Part shown: piece after piece, positions 21,341-29,900 of the stretch | Layout of the letters: each line of letters opens with the position of its first letter | Position numbering within the stretch: position 1 is the stretch's first letter | DNA from: Chloroflexota bacterium | GTDB taxonomy: Bacteria > Chloroflexota > Anaerolineae > Promineifilales > Promineifilaceae | Length of the DNA stretch: 34,789 nt | Direction of reading: 5' to 3' | NCBI GenBank assembly: GCA_046484685.1 | Contig: JAWOIM010000197.1 | Span: forward strand, 1 to 34,789 | Notes under the pieces: generated by a model | The model's input: only the letters and a program-made list of their open reading frames with translations | Told to the model about the DNA's origin: nothing | Databases searched by the model: none | Program-made: the position numbers and the translations under genes

Positions 21341-22663
21341 ATGACTTTGGAAGTGATGGAACTGCGCCGGCAGCGGGCCAACCTGGTGCATGAGGCGCGT
21401 AATTTATTGGAAGCGGCCGAGGGTGAAAACCGGGATTTGTCGGCCGAAGAGCAAACGCAGTGGGATCGGATGATGGGTGATGCCGGCACTTTGGGCACGC
21501 GCATTCAGCGGGCTGAGCAAATTCGCAGCCTGAGCGCCGATCTGGGTGATGTGGAGCAGCGCGGGACGCGGCCTGATCCGGAGGATGGCCAGGGCCGAGG
21601 CGATGAACTGACTCAGGAATTCTTCAGCCGGGGGATGCGCCTGGTGGGTGAGAGCCGCAGCGATTGGCAATCTGATCAGGAATGGCAGCGATTGGTACGG
21701 GCCAGCCGGTCGGAGCCGCGGCAGGCAATGACGCAGTATCTGCGGTTTGGTCGGGATGTGATGCCCCCTCACCAGGTGCGTAACTTGCAGGCCGACAGCC
21801 AGCCGAAGGGCGGCTATCTGCTGACGCCGCTGCAATTCGTGGACATGCTCATCAAGAATGTGGATGACATGGTGTTTTTGCGTCAGTGGGCTACGGTGCT
21901 GACCCTGGGGTCGGCGGAGAGCCTGGGCGCGCCTACGCTGGAATCTGATCCGGCAGATGCGGACTGGACCAGCGAGCTGAAGACCGGCCAGGAAGATGAC
22001 AATATGGAATTCGGCCGGCGCGAACTGCATCCCCACCCGCTGGCAAAGCGGATCCGGATTAGCCGCAAGCTGCTGATGAAGCTGCCGAATGTGGAGAGCT
22101 TTGCGGCGCAGCGATTCGGGTACAAATTTGCCATTACCTGGGAGAAGGCGGGGATGCTGGGCACCGGGGCCAATCAGCCTCTCGGTGTCTTCGTGGCCTC
22201 CAACCAGGGTATCAGCACGGCGCGGGATGTGGTCGGTGGTAATACGGCGACCTCCATCACGTTTGACGGGCTGATCACGTCGAAATATGCGTTGAAGGGG
22301 CAGTATTGGCCGCGGGCGCGCTGGCTCTTCCACCGGGATTCGCTGGCCCAGATCGCGAAGTTGAAGGACCTGGAAGATCGGTATCTGTGGCGTGAATCGG
22401 TGCGAGCCGGCGAGCCGGACCGGCTGCTTAATCTGCCGGTCTTTATGAGCGAGTATGCTCCGAATACCTTCACGGCCAATCAGTATGTCGGGATGTTGGC
22501 TGACTTTAGCTGGTACTGGATTGCCGACAGCATGAGCTTCGACATTCAACGGCTGGATGAGTTGTATGCCGAGAGCAACCAGGTGGGCATGATTGGCCGC
22601 CTGGAGAGTGACGGGCAGCCGGTGTTGGAAGAGGCTTTTGTACGGGTGCAGTTGGGCAGCTAA
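21341..22663 (+). CDS. Major capsid protein (HK97 family)
   Basis: N-terminal coiled-coil delta-like region, then KGGYLLTPLQFVDMLIKNVDDMVFLRQWATV. About 440 aa. Strong RBS at ATG 21341 (ORF track GTG 21311 lies inside the dyad). Confidence 0.9.
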   Translation: MTLEVMELRRQRANLVHEARNLLEAAEGENRDLSAEEQTQWDRMMGDAGTLGTRIQRAEQIRSLSADLGDVEQRGTRPDPEDGQGRGDELTQEFFSRGMRLVGESRSDWQSDQEWQRLVRASRSEPRQAMTQYLRFGRDVMPPHQVRNLQADSQPKGGYLLTPLQFVDMLIKNVDDMVFLRQWATVLTLGSAESLGAPTLESDPADADWTSELKTGQEDDNMEFGRRELHPHPLAKRIRISRKLLMKLPNVESFAAQRFGYKFAITWEKAGMLGTGANQPLGVFVASNQGISTARDVVGGNTATSITFDGLITSKYALKGQYWPRARWLFHRDSLAQIAKLKDLEDRYLWRESVRAGEPDRLLNLPVFMSEYAPNTFTANQYVGMLADFSWYWIADSMSFDIQRLDELYAESNQVGMIGRLESDGQPVLEEAFVRVQLGS

Positions 22664-22672
22664 ATCATAATC

Positions 22673-22707
22673 CGTGAAGCGTGAAGCGTGAAGCGTGAAG
22701 CGTGATA
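22673..22707 (+). repeat. Heptanucleotide tandem repeat (CGTGAAG) x4 plus a partial unit
   Basis: Units at 22673, 22680, 22687, 22694, then CGTGATA. Lies in the 67-nt spacer after the capsid stop. Confidence 0.9.
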
Positions 22708-22730
22708 TGCGATTGATGGAGGATTGAACG

Positions 22731-23153
22731 ATGAACTTGAGTAAAGCGGTAAAAGTAGTGTTTGCGGCCACGGCGGCCGGGGCGGCCACAACGGACGTTG
22801 AGGGTGCCGTGATTGATATGCAGGGGTATCTGGGCTGTGCGTTTGTGGGCCGGATAGCGGTAGGAGCCGCCGGTAACTTTGCCTATGCCCAGCAGGGGGC
22901 TGCGTCGAATTTGTCGGATGCGGCTGATCTGCCTGATACGCAGACGGTCATTGCGGACGACAATGATTCGTTCCTGGTGGATGTGTACCGGCCGGAGAAG
23001 CGATACCTGCGCGTGGTGGTAGAGCGAGGCACATCGACGGCGACGGGCGACATCTATGCGCTGTTGTATGACCCGGTGAAACAACCGGTGGCGCATGGGG
23101 CAACTGTTGAAGATACGCTGGCGGTCAGCCCGGATGAGGGAACGATTAGTTAA
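22731..23153 (+). CDS. Hypothetical head-associated protein (position of a decoration/accessory head protein)
   Basis: GGAGGA RBS; Ala/Gly-rich; no motif. Confidence 0.6.
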   Translation: MNLSKAVKVVFAATAAGAATTDVEGAVIDMQGYLGCAFVGRIAVGAAGNFAYAQQGAASNLSDAADLPDTQTVIADDNDSFLVDVYRPEKRYLRVVVERGTSTATGDIYALLYDPVKQPVAHGATVEDTLAVSPDEGTIS

Positions 23154-23240
23154 AACATGATGGAGGCGAAACGTGATGGGCTTGACGCCCGTCACGTTTC
23201 GCGCCTGGCGTTGGCGGTGCATGCACCGGAGGTGGATGGT

Positions 23241-23615
23241 ATGGCTAAGGAAATGAGGATCAAGATGAATACGGCAGCAGCCAGTCCAAAGTGGCAGGCG
23301 TCGCCGCAGCAGGAAGTGACGGTGCCGGCGGCTGAAGGCAAGGTGCTGATAGAGCGGGGGTTTGCGACGGCCGTGGTACCGAAGGGAGAAACGGCCGTTG
23401 TGCCGGCGTCTGGGCTACGTAACCGAGGAGATGAGCCGGTTACGGCCGTTTCGGGCATTGGGCCGGCGACGGCCAAATTGCTGGCCACGATTGGCATCGA
23501 GACGGTGGCGCAGTTGGCCGGGGCGACGGTCGAGCAGTTGGCACCGCTGGATGGTGTTCGCGAAGAAACAGCAGAGCAGTGGTTAGAGGGGGCACGGGCT
23601 TACCTCGATGGCTAA
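23241..23615 (+). CDS. Protein with a C-terminal helix-hairpin-helix motif
   Basis: GIGPATAKLLATIGIETVAQLAGATVEQLAPLDGV. GGAGGTGGA precedes ATG 23241. The ORF-track start 23157 has no RBS. Confidence 0.6.
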   Translation: MAKEMRIKMNTAAASPKWQASPQQEVTVPAAEGKVLIERGFATAVVPKGETAVVPASGLRNRGDEPVTAVSGIGPATAKLLATIGIETVAQLAGATVEQLAPLDGVREETAEQWLEGARAYLDG

Positions 23616-24240
23616 TCGAACCAGTGGCAGCCTGGCGGTCGTTGTGCCTCCGCAAATAGAACCGGTGGACCTGGAGAAAATCCGGGGCCACCTCCGGATC
23701 GACATTGGCGAGGAGAACAGCGAACTGGCCGGCTACATCAGCGCGGCGCGGGTGATGGTTGAGGAGCAGACGTGGCGGGCGCTGTTGACGCAGACGTTGC
23801 AGTATCGCCTGGACGCCTGGCCTCAGGGCCGGGAGATTCTGCTGCCGCGGCCGCCGCTGCAATCGGTATCGAGCGTGACCCTGCACCTGGCAGATGGCAG
23901 CAGCGAGGTGTGGGATGATGCGGCCTACCTGGTGGACCCGGTGGCAGAGCCGGGGCGGTTGGTGCTAGGGCCGGGCGAATCCTGGCCACGGGGGACGCTG
24001 CGGCCGGCTGCCGGCATTGTCATTGAGTATGTGGCAGGCTGGCCGGGGGTGGACGCGGTGCCGATGCCGATTCGCCAGGCGATTCAGTTGATGGTTGGTG
24101 ATTGGTATGAGAACCGGGAAAACACGCTCATCGAGCGGGGGGCAAATGTGGCCTCGCTGCCGCTGAGTATGAAATGGCTGCTGATACCGTACACGCTGCA
24201 TGATAACCGGTTTCTGGAACAGGAGCAGGGATTGCGATGA
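23608..24240 (+). CDS. Head-tail connector (gp6-like, QLRG-type)
   Basis: LEKIRGHLRIDIGEENSELAGYISAARVMVEEQTWRALLTQT...LLPRPPLQSVSSV...IRQAIQLMVGDWYENRE. Confidence 0.8.
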   Translation: MANRTSGSLAVVVPPQIEPVDLEKIRGHLRIDIGEENSELAGYISAARVMVEEQTWRALLTQTLQYRLDAWPQGREILLPRPPLQSVSSVTLHLADGSSEVWDDAAYLVDPVAEPGRLVLGPGESWPRGTLRPAAGIVIEYVAGWPGVDAVPMPIRQAIQLMVGDWYENRENTLIERGANVASLPLSMKWLLIPYTLHDNRFLEQEQGLR

Positions 24241-24578
24241 GGGCAGGTAGAATGCGCCACCGGCTGGCGATTCAGGCCAAAGCGGCCGCGCCGGATGCGT
24301 ATGGTCAGGAGGTAATTGATTGGCAGGACGTGGCCATCGTGTGGGGCAGCGTGGAGCCGATCAGCGGCCGTGAGCTGGTGGAACTGCGGCAGGAGTTGGG
24401 CGAAGTGACAACGCGCATCCGGCTGCGGTATCGCCGGGATCGTCTGACACCAGAGATGCGGATTTATTGGTCGGTCCATGATATTTACTACGACATTGCT
24501 TCTGTGACCAATACAGGGGAGCGGAATCGAGAAACGGTAATTATTGCCCAAGAGGTGGTTGGCCATGAGCAGCGGTGA
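24237..24578 (+). CDS. Head closure / head-tail adaptor protein
   Basis: MRHRLAIQ...DAYGQEV.DWQDVAIVWGSVEPISGRE...IRLRYR...IYYDIASV. ATGA overlap. Confidence 0.75.
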   Translation: MRAGRMRHRLAIQAKAAAPDAYGQEVIDWQDVAIVWGSVEPISGRELVELRQELGEVTTRIRLRYRRDRLTPEMRIYWSVHDIYYDIASVTNTGERNRETVIIAQEVVGHEQR

Positions 24579-25011
24579 TGTGCAGTTGCTGAATGAGGCT
24601 GAGGTAAAGGCGGCTATAAAGCGGCTGGGTCCGGCTGCAGCGAAGGTGCTGGAAACGGCCGTTAATGAGGCGGCCGACGTGGTTGTCAGGGCAGCCAACC
24701 CGCTGGCCCCGCAGCCGGTCATCGAGAAGGAAACGGTGGCCAAGAGTGAGAGCCGGGTGGAAGTAGACGTGGGGCCGCCGAAAGAGAAGTGGTATTACCG
24801 ATTCGCCGAACGGGGCACGCGGCCGCATGTGGTGAATCCACGGGGAAAGAAGGCGCTGCACGGTGGGGGCGATCAGTTCTCTTCAGGGCATATGGTAGGT
24901 GGGGTGGCGCAACGGCCGTTTCTGCGGCCCGCTCTCGATGAGAATGAAGCCCAGGCCCAGACGGCGGCCGGCAAGGTCTTCAAGCGAGCGGTTGAGGCTG
25001 AGGCAGAATGA
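24565..25011 (+). CDS. HK97 gp10-family head-tail joining protein
   Basis: FAERGTRPHVVNPRGKKALH...VAQRPFLRPAL. AGAGGTGG precedes ATG 24565. Confidence 0.75.
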   Translation: MSSGDVQLLNEAEVKAAIKRLGPAAAKVLETAVNEAADVVVRAANPLAPQPVIEKETVAKSESRVEVDVGPPKEKWYYRFAERGTRPHVVNPRGKKALHGGGDQFSSGHMVGGVAQRPFLRPALDENEAQAQTAAGKVFKRAVEAEAE

Positions 25012-25400
25012 CGATTGAAACGGCACTACGGACGCTGATTGTCAATGATGAGGACATTGGGGCGCTGATCGGGGAGCGCTGCTACCCGCTGCGGATTCCG
25101 CAAGATGTAGAGCGGCCGGCAATCGCCTACCGTCGTATCAGCGGCAAACGTGTCGTCAGCCACAGCGGCCCCAGCAACCTGGCACGGCCACGCTTTGAGT
25201 TTGAGTGTGTGGCCAGCCGGTACAGCGACCTGGTGGCGCTGGCCAACGGGCTGCGGCGATTACTGGACGGCCGTAAGCATACGGTAGCCGGGGTAGAGAT
25301 TCAGGCCGGCTTCATCGAGAATGAAGCGGATGATTACGGCGACGTGGCACAGCTATACGGCCGTCGCCTGGATTTTTTCATCTGGCACCGGGAGGTATGA
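25008..25400 (+). CDS. Tail completion/terminator protein (DUF3168-like)
   Basis: IGERCYPLRIPQDVERPAIAYRRISG...RPRFEFECVA; position before the major tail gene. Confidence 0.65.
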   Translation: MTIETALRTLIVNDEDIGALIGERCYPLRIPQDVERPAIAYRRISGKRVVSHSGPSNLARPRFEFECVASRYSDLVALANGLRRLLDGRKHTVAGVEIQAGFIENEADDYGDVAQLYGRRLDFFIWHREV

Positions 25401-25401
25401 A

Positions 25402-25608
25402 GTGGCTGATCAGCAGGAATTGTATGGAATAAATTCGTGGCATGGGCAGCGAGTGTACCAATGCTCCCTGTGCCCTTTTGACACCCGCCGGCATTTTAGC
25501 GTGCTGGCTGAGCATATGTATCGCCGGCATGGCAAGTTGATTTATGCGGCGAGCAATGAGATTTCGACCACGGTCGAAGCGAATACGGAGGATTTGAGCG
25601 ATGAGTGA
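25402..25608 (+). CDS. Small C2H2-type zinc-finger-like protein
   Basis: GGGAGG lies 6 nt before GTG 25402. YQCSLCPFDTRRHFSVLAEHMYRRH. The ORF-track start 25321 overlaps the previous gene by 80 nt. Confidence 0.5.
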   Translation: MADQQELYGINSWHGQRVYQCSLCPFDTRRHFSVLAEHMYRRHGKLIYAASNEISTTVEANTEDLSDE

Positions 25609-26023
25609 TGCACTAGCAGCATTTGGAACATTTTTGAAAATCGGCGATGGTGCGGGCACTGAAGTGTTTACGACCATTGCCGAGGTACGTGATATTAAGG
25701 GGCCGAATATCACACTAAACACGGCTGATGTGACCAATCATGACAGCCAGGGATGGAAAGAGATCATCGGCACAATCATCGATGCCGGTGAGGTTACGTT
25801 TGGTATCAACTTCCAACCGACTGAAGCAACTCATGATGATTCTACCGGCCTTCTTTCTGATCTGCTCGGCCGTGTCAAACGGAATTTCCAATTGGTATTC
25901 CCGGATACGACCACGTGGACCTTTACGGCGCTGGTCACCAACTTCAACCCGGATGAACCGGTGCAAAATGAATTGACGGCCGATGTGACGCTGGAACTTA
26001 CCGGCAGTCTAGGATTTGCATAA
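25601..26023 (+). CDS. Major tail protein (TP901-1/phi13-like)
   Basis: FGTFLKIGDGAGTEVFTTIAEVRDIKGPNITLNTADVTNHDS...GEVTFGINF...TFTALVTNFNP; about 140 aa. Confidence 0.8.
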   Translation: MSDALAAFGTFLKIGDGAGTEVFTTIAEVRDIKGPNITLNTADVTNHDSQGWKEIIGTIIDAGEVTFGINFQPTEATHDDSTGLLSDLLGRVKRNFQLVFPDTTTWTFTALVTNFNPDEPVQNELTADVTLELTGSLGFA

Positions 26024-26035
26024 GAGAGGAGTAGG

Positions 26036-26425
26036 ATGGCTACATTAGCAACTAGAGAACAGATTTTAGGGATTGAAGATGCCGAATACCGTGATGTGGA
26101 AGTGCCACAATGGAATGGCCTGGTGGTCAGGCTGAAGGCGCTGACGGCGCTGGAGCGAGACCGATTCGACGGCACGATGACGACCGGCCGCGGCAAAAAT
26201 GTAAAAGTCAACTGGGAACATGCACGTGCCCGGCTGATTGTGGCTACGGCCGTGGATGAGAAGGGCGAGCCGCTCTTCACCCACAAAGACATCGAAGCGC
26301 TCTCTCAGAAAAATGCAGCGGCCGTTGATGTGTTGTTTGCGGCCGCGCAGGAATTATGCGGCATCACCAACCGGGATATTGAGGACCTGGCGGGAAACTT
26401 AAAGAGCAGCCGGAGCGAAGAGTAG
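26036..26425 (+). CDS. Tail assembly chaperone (G-like, zero-frame product)
   Basis: Position between the major tail and tape measure genes. EVPQWNGLVVRLKALTALERDRF. Confidence 0.8.
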   Translation: MATLATREQILGIEDAEYRDVEVPQWNGLVVRLKALTALERDRFDGTMTTGRGKNVKVNWEHARARLIVATAVDEKGEPLFTHKDIEALSQKNAAAVDVLFAAAQELCGITNRDIEDLAGNLKSSRSEE

Positions 26426-26742
26426 CGTTTCGGCTGTGCCTGGCACTGGGCCAACTGCCCCCAGATCGGCTGCTGGCCCAGCTCAGTCCGCAGCAGTGGG
26501 ATGAGTGGCTGGCCTTTCTACTCCTGGAGCCGATAGGGGAGCAGCGGGCCGACTGGCGGTCGGCACTGGTGGCGGCGATTGTAGCCAACAGCACGCGGGA
26601 TCCCAAGAAACGGCGTAAGCCATTTCAGCCAAAGGATTTCATGCCCGATTACGAGAAAGGGATCAACCGGCAGCCGGCAGACTGGCGGGCTATGAAACAA
26701 CTGGCAAAGATGCTGCATGAAGCATACAAGAAGAAAGATTGA
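26036..26742 (+). CDS. Tail assembly chaperone, -1 frameshift product (G-T-like)
   Basis: Slippery heptamer G_GGA_AAC at 26392-26398 in the zero frame. The -1 frame is open from 26383 to TGA 26740-26742. It encodes ...QQWDEWLAFLLLEPIGEQRADWRSALVAAIVAN...DFMPDY, typical of T extensions. Confidence 0.7.
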
Positions 26743-26772
26743 GGCAGAGGCGCGCAGGCGCAGAGGATTGTA

Positions 26773-28554
26773 ATGGCGACGCTGGCAACGCTGGTGGTCA
26801 AATTAGTTGGTGATATTGCCGACTTCCAAGAGAAGATGGATTCGGCCGCGGATCGGGTGCAATCGGCCGGGCGGACGATACAGTCGGCCGGGCGGACGAT
26901 GACTACCCACGTCACGGCCCCGCTACTGGGGGCGGCGGTTGGCGCTACTCATTTTGCCAATCAATACAATGCCGGCATGGCCAACGTGGCCAGCCTCGGT
27001 GAGGAAGCGCAGGCCCACATTGCGGAGTGGAAGCCGTTGGTGCAGGACATTGCCATTGAGGTGGGTAAATCGACCGGCGATATGAGCGATGGCCTTTACA
27101 ATGTGGTTTCTGCGTTTGGTGTGGCTGATGACACGCTGGATGTGCTGCGGATCAACGCGCTGGCGGCCGCCGCCGGATTGTCTACGACGACGGAAGCCAT
27201 TGATTTAACCAGTGCTGTGACGAAAGCTTACGGCGATACCTCGGCGGAAGCCGTGCAGCACGCAGCAGATTTGGCGCTGCGTACTGTACAGTTGGGTCAG
27301 ACCACCTTCCCGGAACTGGCTGCCAGTGTGGGTAAGGTTACGCCGCTAACTAACGCCCTGGGCGTCAGTCAGGAAGAATTGTTTGCTGTTATGGCCACGG
27401 CGACGGGTGTGACCGGTGGCGCGGCCGAGGTCTCCACTCAATTGCGCGGTGTTTTGCAAGCATTGATGGCACCTACCAGAGATATGGCTGTGGTGATGGA
27501 TTCGTATGGCTATTCCAGCGGAGAGGCGATGCTGGAGGCATTAGGGCTGCACGGTGTTATGGAGCTGCTGGTTGCTGACGCTGAAGAGGGTGGCTATCCC
27601 CTTCAGGCGCTCATCGGCAGCATCGAAGGGCAGACATTGGCAATGGCTATGGCCGGGTCATTAAGCGACGAGTATGTAGCAAAACTGGGAGAGATGGGCG
27701 ACGTAGCGGGGACCGTGGATGAAGCGGTGGCGGCCCAGACCGAAGGCGTCAATGCTAACGGATTCGCCATGCAGCAGGCAGGGGTACGGGCACAGGTGAT
27801 GGCGGAGCGAGTGGGGGATGCCCTGGCCCCGGCGCTGACGGCGCTGCTGATTGCGGCGGAGCCGGTTATCGGCTGGCTGGAAGAGGCGGCTACCTGGTTT
27901 GCTAATGCCGACCAGGAGCAGCAGTTGTTGATTGCCGGTGTACTGGCGGCCGTGGCTGCCATTGGGCCGCTGCTGATGGTGATTGGTACGCTGACGACGG
28001 GGCTGGGTGTAGTGGCCTCTGTGATTGGATTTTTGTTGAGTCCCATTGGGCTGCTGATTGCGGCTGTGGTGCTGCTGGGGTATATGATTTATACCAATTG
28101 GGACATGATTACGGGAGTGCTGGCCGCGGGCAAAATGGCCTGGGACGCGATCTGGGGGGCCATTGGGCGCAAGCTGGATGAAGTCTGGACCACCCACATT
28201 CAACCTATCTTTGCGGCAATCGAGGGCTTTGCCAATTGGCTGAGCGGCATTTCCTTTAACATCAATATACCCATCCCCGACATTCCAGATTGGATGAAGC
28301 CGGGCAGCCCCCTGCCGCTGCATACGGCCTGGCAGGATTTCCACCAGTTTCTCAACCGGGCGGATTTTGAGCCGCAGTTTGCGCTGCCAGGTGGCGGCGA
28401 TATGGGTGGGGTAGGGCCGCCGGCCGGTGGTGGCGGTAGGGATATTTACTATATCAGTATTGAGGCCGAGGATGAAACGGCCGTGGAGCGGGCGGTCGGC
28501 CGGGCATTGGACCGGGTGGGCGTAAACGCAGCTAACCGGAGGCGGGGACGATGA
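26773..28554 (+). CDS. Tail tape measure protein
   Basis: 593 aa, helical Ala-rich. Core LVQDIAIEVGKSTGDMSDGLYNVVSAFG...INALAAAAGLSTTTEAIDLTSAVTKAYG. C-terminal hydrophobic helices. Confidence 0.85.
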   Translation: MATLATLVVKLVGDIADFQEKMDSAADRVQSAGRTIQSAGRTMTTHVTAPLLGAAVGATHFANQYNAGMANVASLGEEAQAHIAEWKPLVQDIAIEVGKSTGDMSDGLYNVVSAFGVADDTLDVLRINALAAAAGLSTTTEAIDLTSAVTKAYGDTSAEAVQHAADLALRTVQLGQTTFPELAASVGKVTPLTNALGVSQEELFAVMATATGVTGGAAEVSTQLRGVLQALMAPTRDMAVVMDSYGYSSGEAMLEALGLHGVMELLVADAEEGGYPLQALIGSIEGQTLAMAMAGSLSDEYVAKLGEMGDVAGTVDEAVAAQTEGVNANGFAMQQAGVRAQVMAERVGDALAPALTALLIAAEPVIGWLEEAATWFANADQEQQLLIAGVLAAVAAIGPLLMVIGTLTTGLGVVASVIGFLLSPIGLLIAAVVLLGYMIYTNWDMITGVLAAGKMAWDAIWGAIGRKLDEVWTTHIQPIFAAIEGFANWLSGISFNINIPIPDIPDWMKPGSPLPLHTAWQDFHQFLNRADFEPQFALPGGGDMGGVGPPAGGGGRDIYYISIEAEDETAVERAVGRALDRVGVNAANRRRGR

Positions 28555-29900
28555 CACGGGTTTTGAGGCTCTATGCCGGCGGTGATGAAATCAATTTTGA
28601 TGGCAGTAATGGCTACCGACTGTTGTATGAAGGCTGGTCGCCGCAGGTAGCGCAGATTGTAAAACGGCCGTTGACGGCACTGCCACCTGTTCTGCCGGTC
28701 GAAGAAGAGTGGTCGATCCGCGTTGAGGGAGACGATGTTGATGAGGTTATGGAGCGGTATCGTCGTCTCTCTAATTTTGGCAACCTGGCCCGGCAGTGGT
28801 GGGACGGGGAGAACGTGACGGCACGGCGAGTTGCCTACCGGCCGCGCACCAGCACGGCCGTCGTGGGCGAGGATGTATTGATACCACCATGGACCATCCG
28901 GGCACCATCCGACTTTGATTTTGTCCCCGATGGTGTAGGTCTAGGCACACGCTCTAATCCGGTACGCTTACGGTTCACCCGGCGAGGGTACTGGACACGT
29001 GGTAGCCAGACGGTGGCGCAAAGCGGCGTTGCCGCCAATCAGCCGGATACCATTGTGGCTGATTTCGCCGCCAGCAATGACATCACAGGGCCGATGATTG
29101 TACGCATGGCTATGGGCTACGGCAGTTCCGTTACCGGGCTGCGCGGTGTGTTGATGGCCAGCAATCACATCAGTTCGATTGCCATCAAAGAAGCAGAAGA
29201 TGTGGCTACTCTCGTTTCTTCTGGGGGCAGCAATGTAGCTATCGGTGCAGCTCGCGGCGGCAACGTGCGCCGATTTACGGCCAGTGCCAGCCAGCAAAGC
29301 GCCTATTACGAGCTGACGGTCGGCCAAAAGACGCGCCTGAAACGGGCACGGGTGTATGCGCTCATCAAAAATAACGGTAACAGTCAATGGCTGATCCGGT
29401 CGAAAATCGGACCGGGATCAGCGGCAGCCAGTTCATTTAATTTCGATGTAAGCGGTTGGCAGATTATTCCGATTAACAGCGAGACGCAGATGATTTATTG
29501 TGGCAGCTATGCTGTGAACAACTTCACATCGGTCACAAACTACGTCGGACTGGATTTACGCAGCATGGCCACCAGCAGTGATACGCTGGACATAGATTTC
29601 TTTGTTCATTTGATGGATGACGAAAACAGCCACGCTACACAAATTGATTTAGCGGGATCGGGTACCTCCTGGACGCCCACGGTAAATCATGAGTACATGG
29701 TTGGACCGAACCCCTTCGTGAGCAATGCGAGCATATTCCCGGCTGCTGATTTTCGCGGCGATACATTTTATGCCATGAGTGGTAATCGCTGCGTAGCCCT
29801 GTGGGTTCCGATTGGCCACAGCACGTTCGGTCATCCGGCAACATTGTCGAGCATTGAACTTTCAGCAACGCAACTGCTGGTGGATGTGATGCCCCGATGA
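28551..29900 (+). CDS. Minor tail protein (distal-tail-protein position)
   Basis: ATGA overlap with the tape measure stop; assignment by synteny only. Confidence 0.55.
   Translation: MTRVLRLYAGGDEINFDGSNGYRLLYEGWSPQVAQIVKRPLTALPPVLPVEEEWSIRVEGDDVDEVMERYRRLSNFGNLARQWWDGENVTARRVAYRPRTSTAVVGEDVLIPPWTIRAPSDFDFVPDGVGLGTRSNPVRLRFTRRGYWTRGSQTVAQSGVAANQPDTIVADFAASNDITGPMIVRMAMGYGSSVTGLRGVLMASNHISSIAIKEAEDVATLVSSGGSNVAIGAARGGNVRRFTASASQQSAYYELTVGQKTRLKRARVYALIKNNGNSQWLIRSKIGPGSAAASSFNFDVSGWQIIPINSETQMIYCGSYAVNNFTSVTNYVGLDLRSMATSSDTLDIDFFVHLMDDENSHATQIDLAGSGTSWTPTVNHEYMVGPNPFVSNASIFPAADFRGDTFYAMSGNRCVALWVPIGHSTFGHPATLSSIELSATQLLVDVMPR

Noticed and set aside
26863-26900. 21-bp tandem duplication in the tape measure gene (TCGGCCGGGCGGACGAT x2, encoding QSAGRTI/QSAGRTM)
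   Set aside because: Short in-frame duplications are commonplace in tape measure proteins and there is no further structure. It is recorded but not considered notable.
4091-28485. ETAVS / KRPF / NGRF as a functional peptide motif shared by many proteins
   Set aside because: The same DNA palindrome is read in all three frames on both strands and also occurs in non-coding DNA. The peptides are a by-product of a DNA-level signal.
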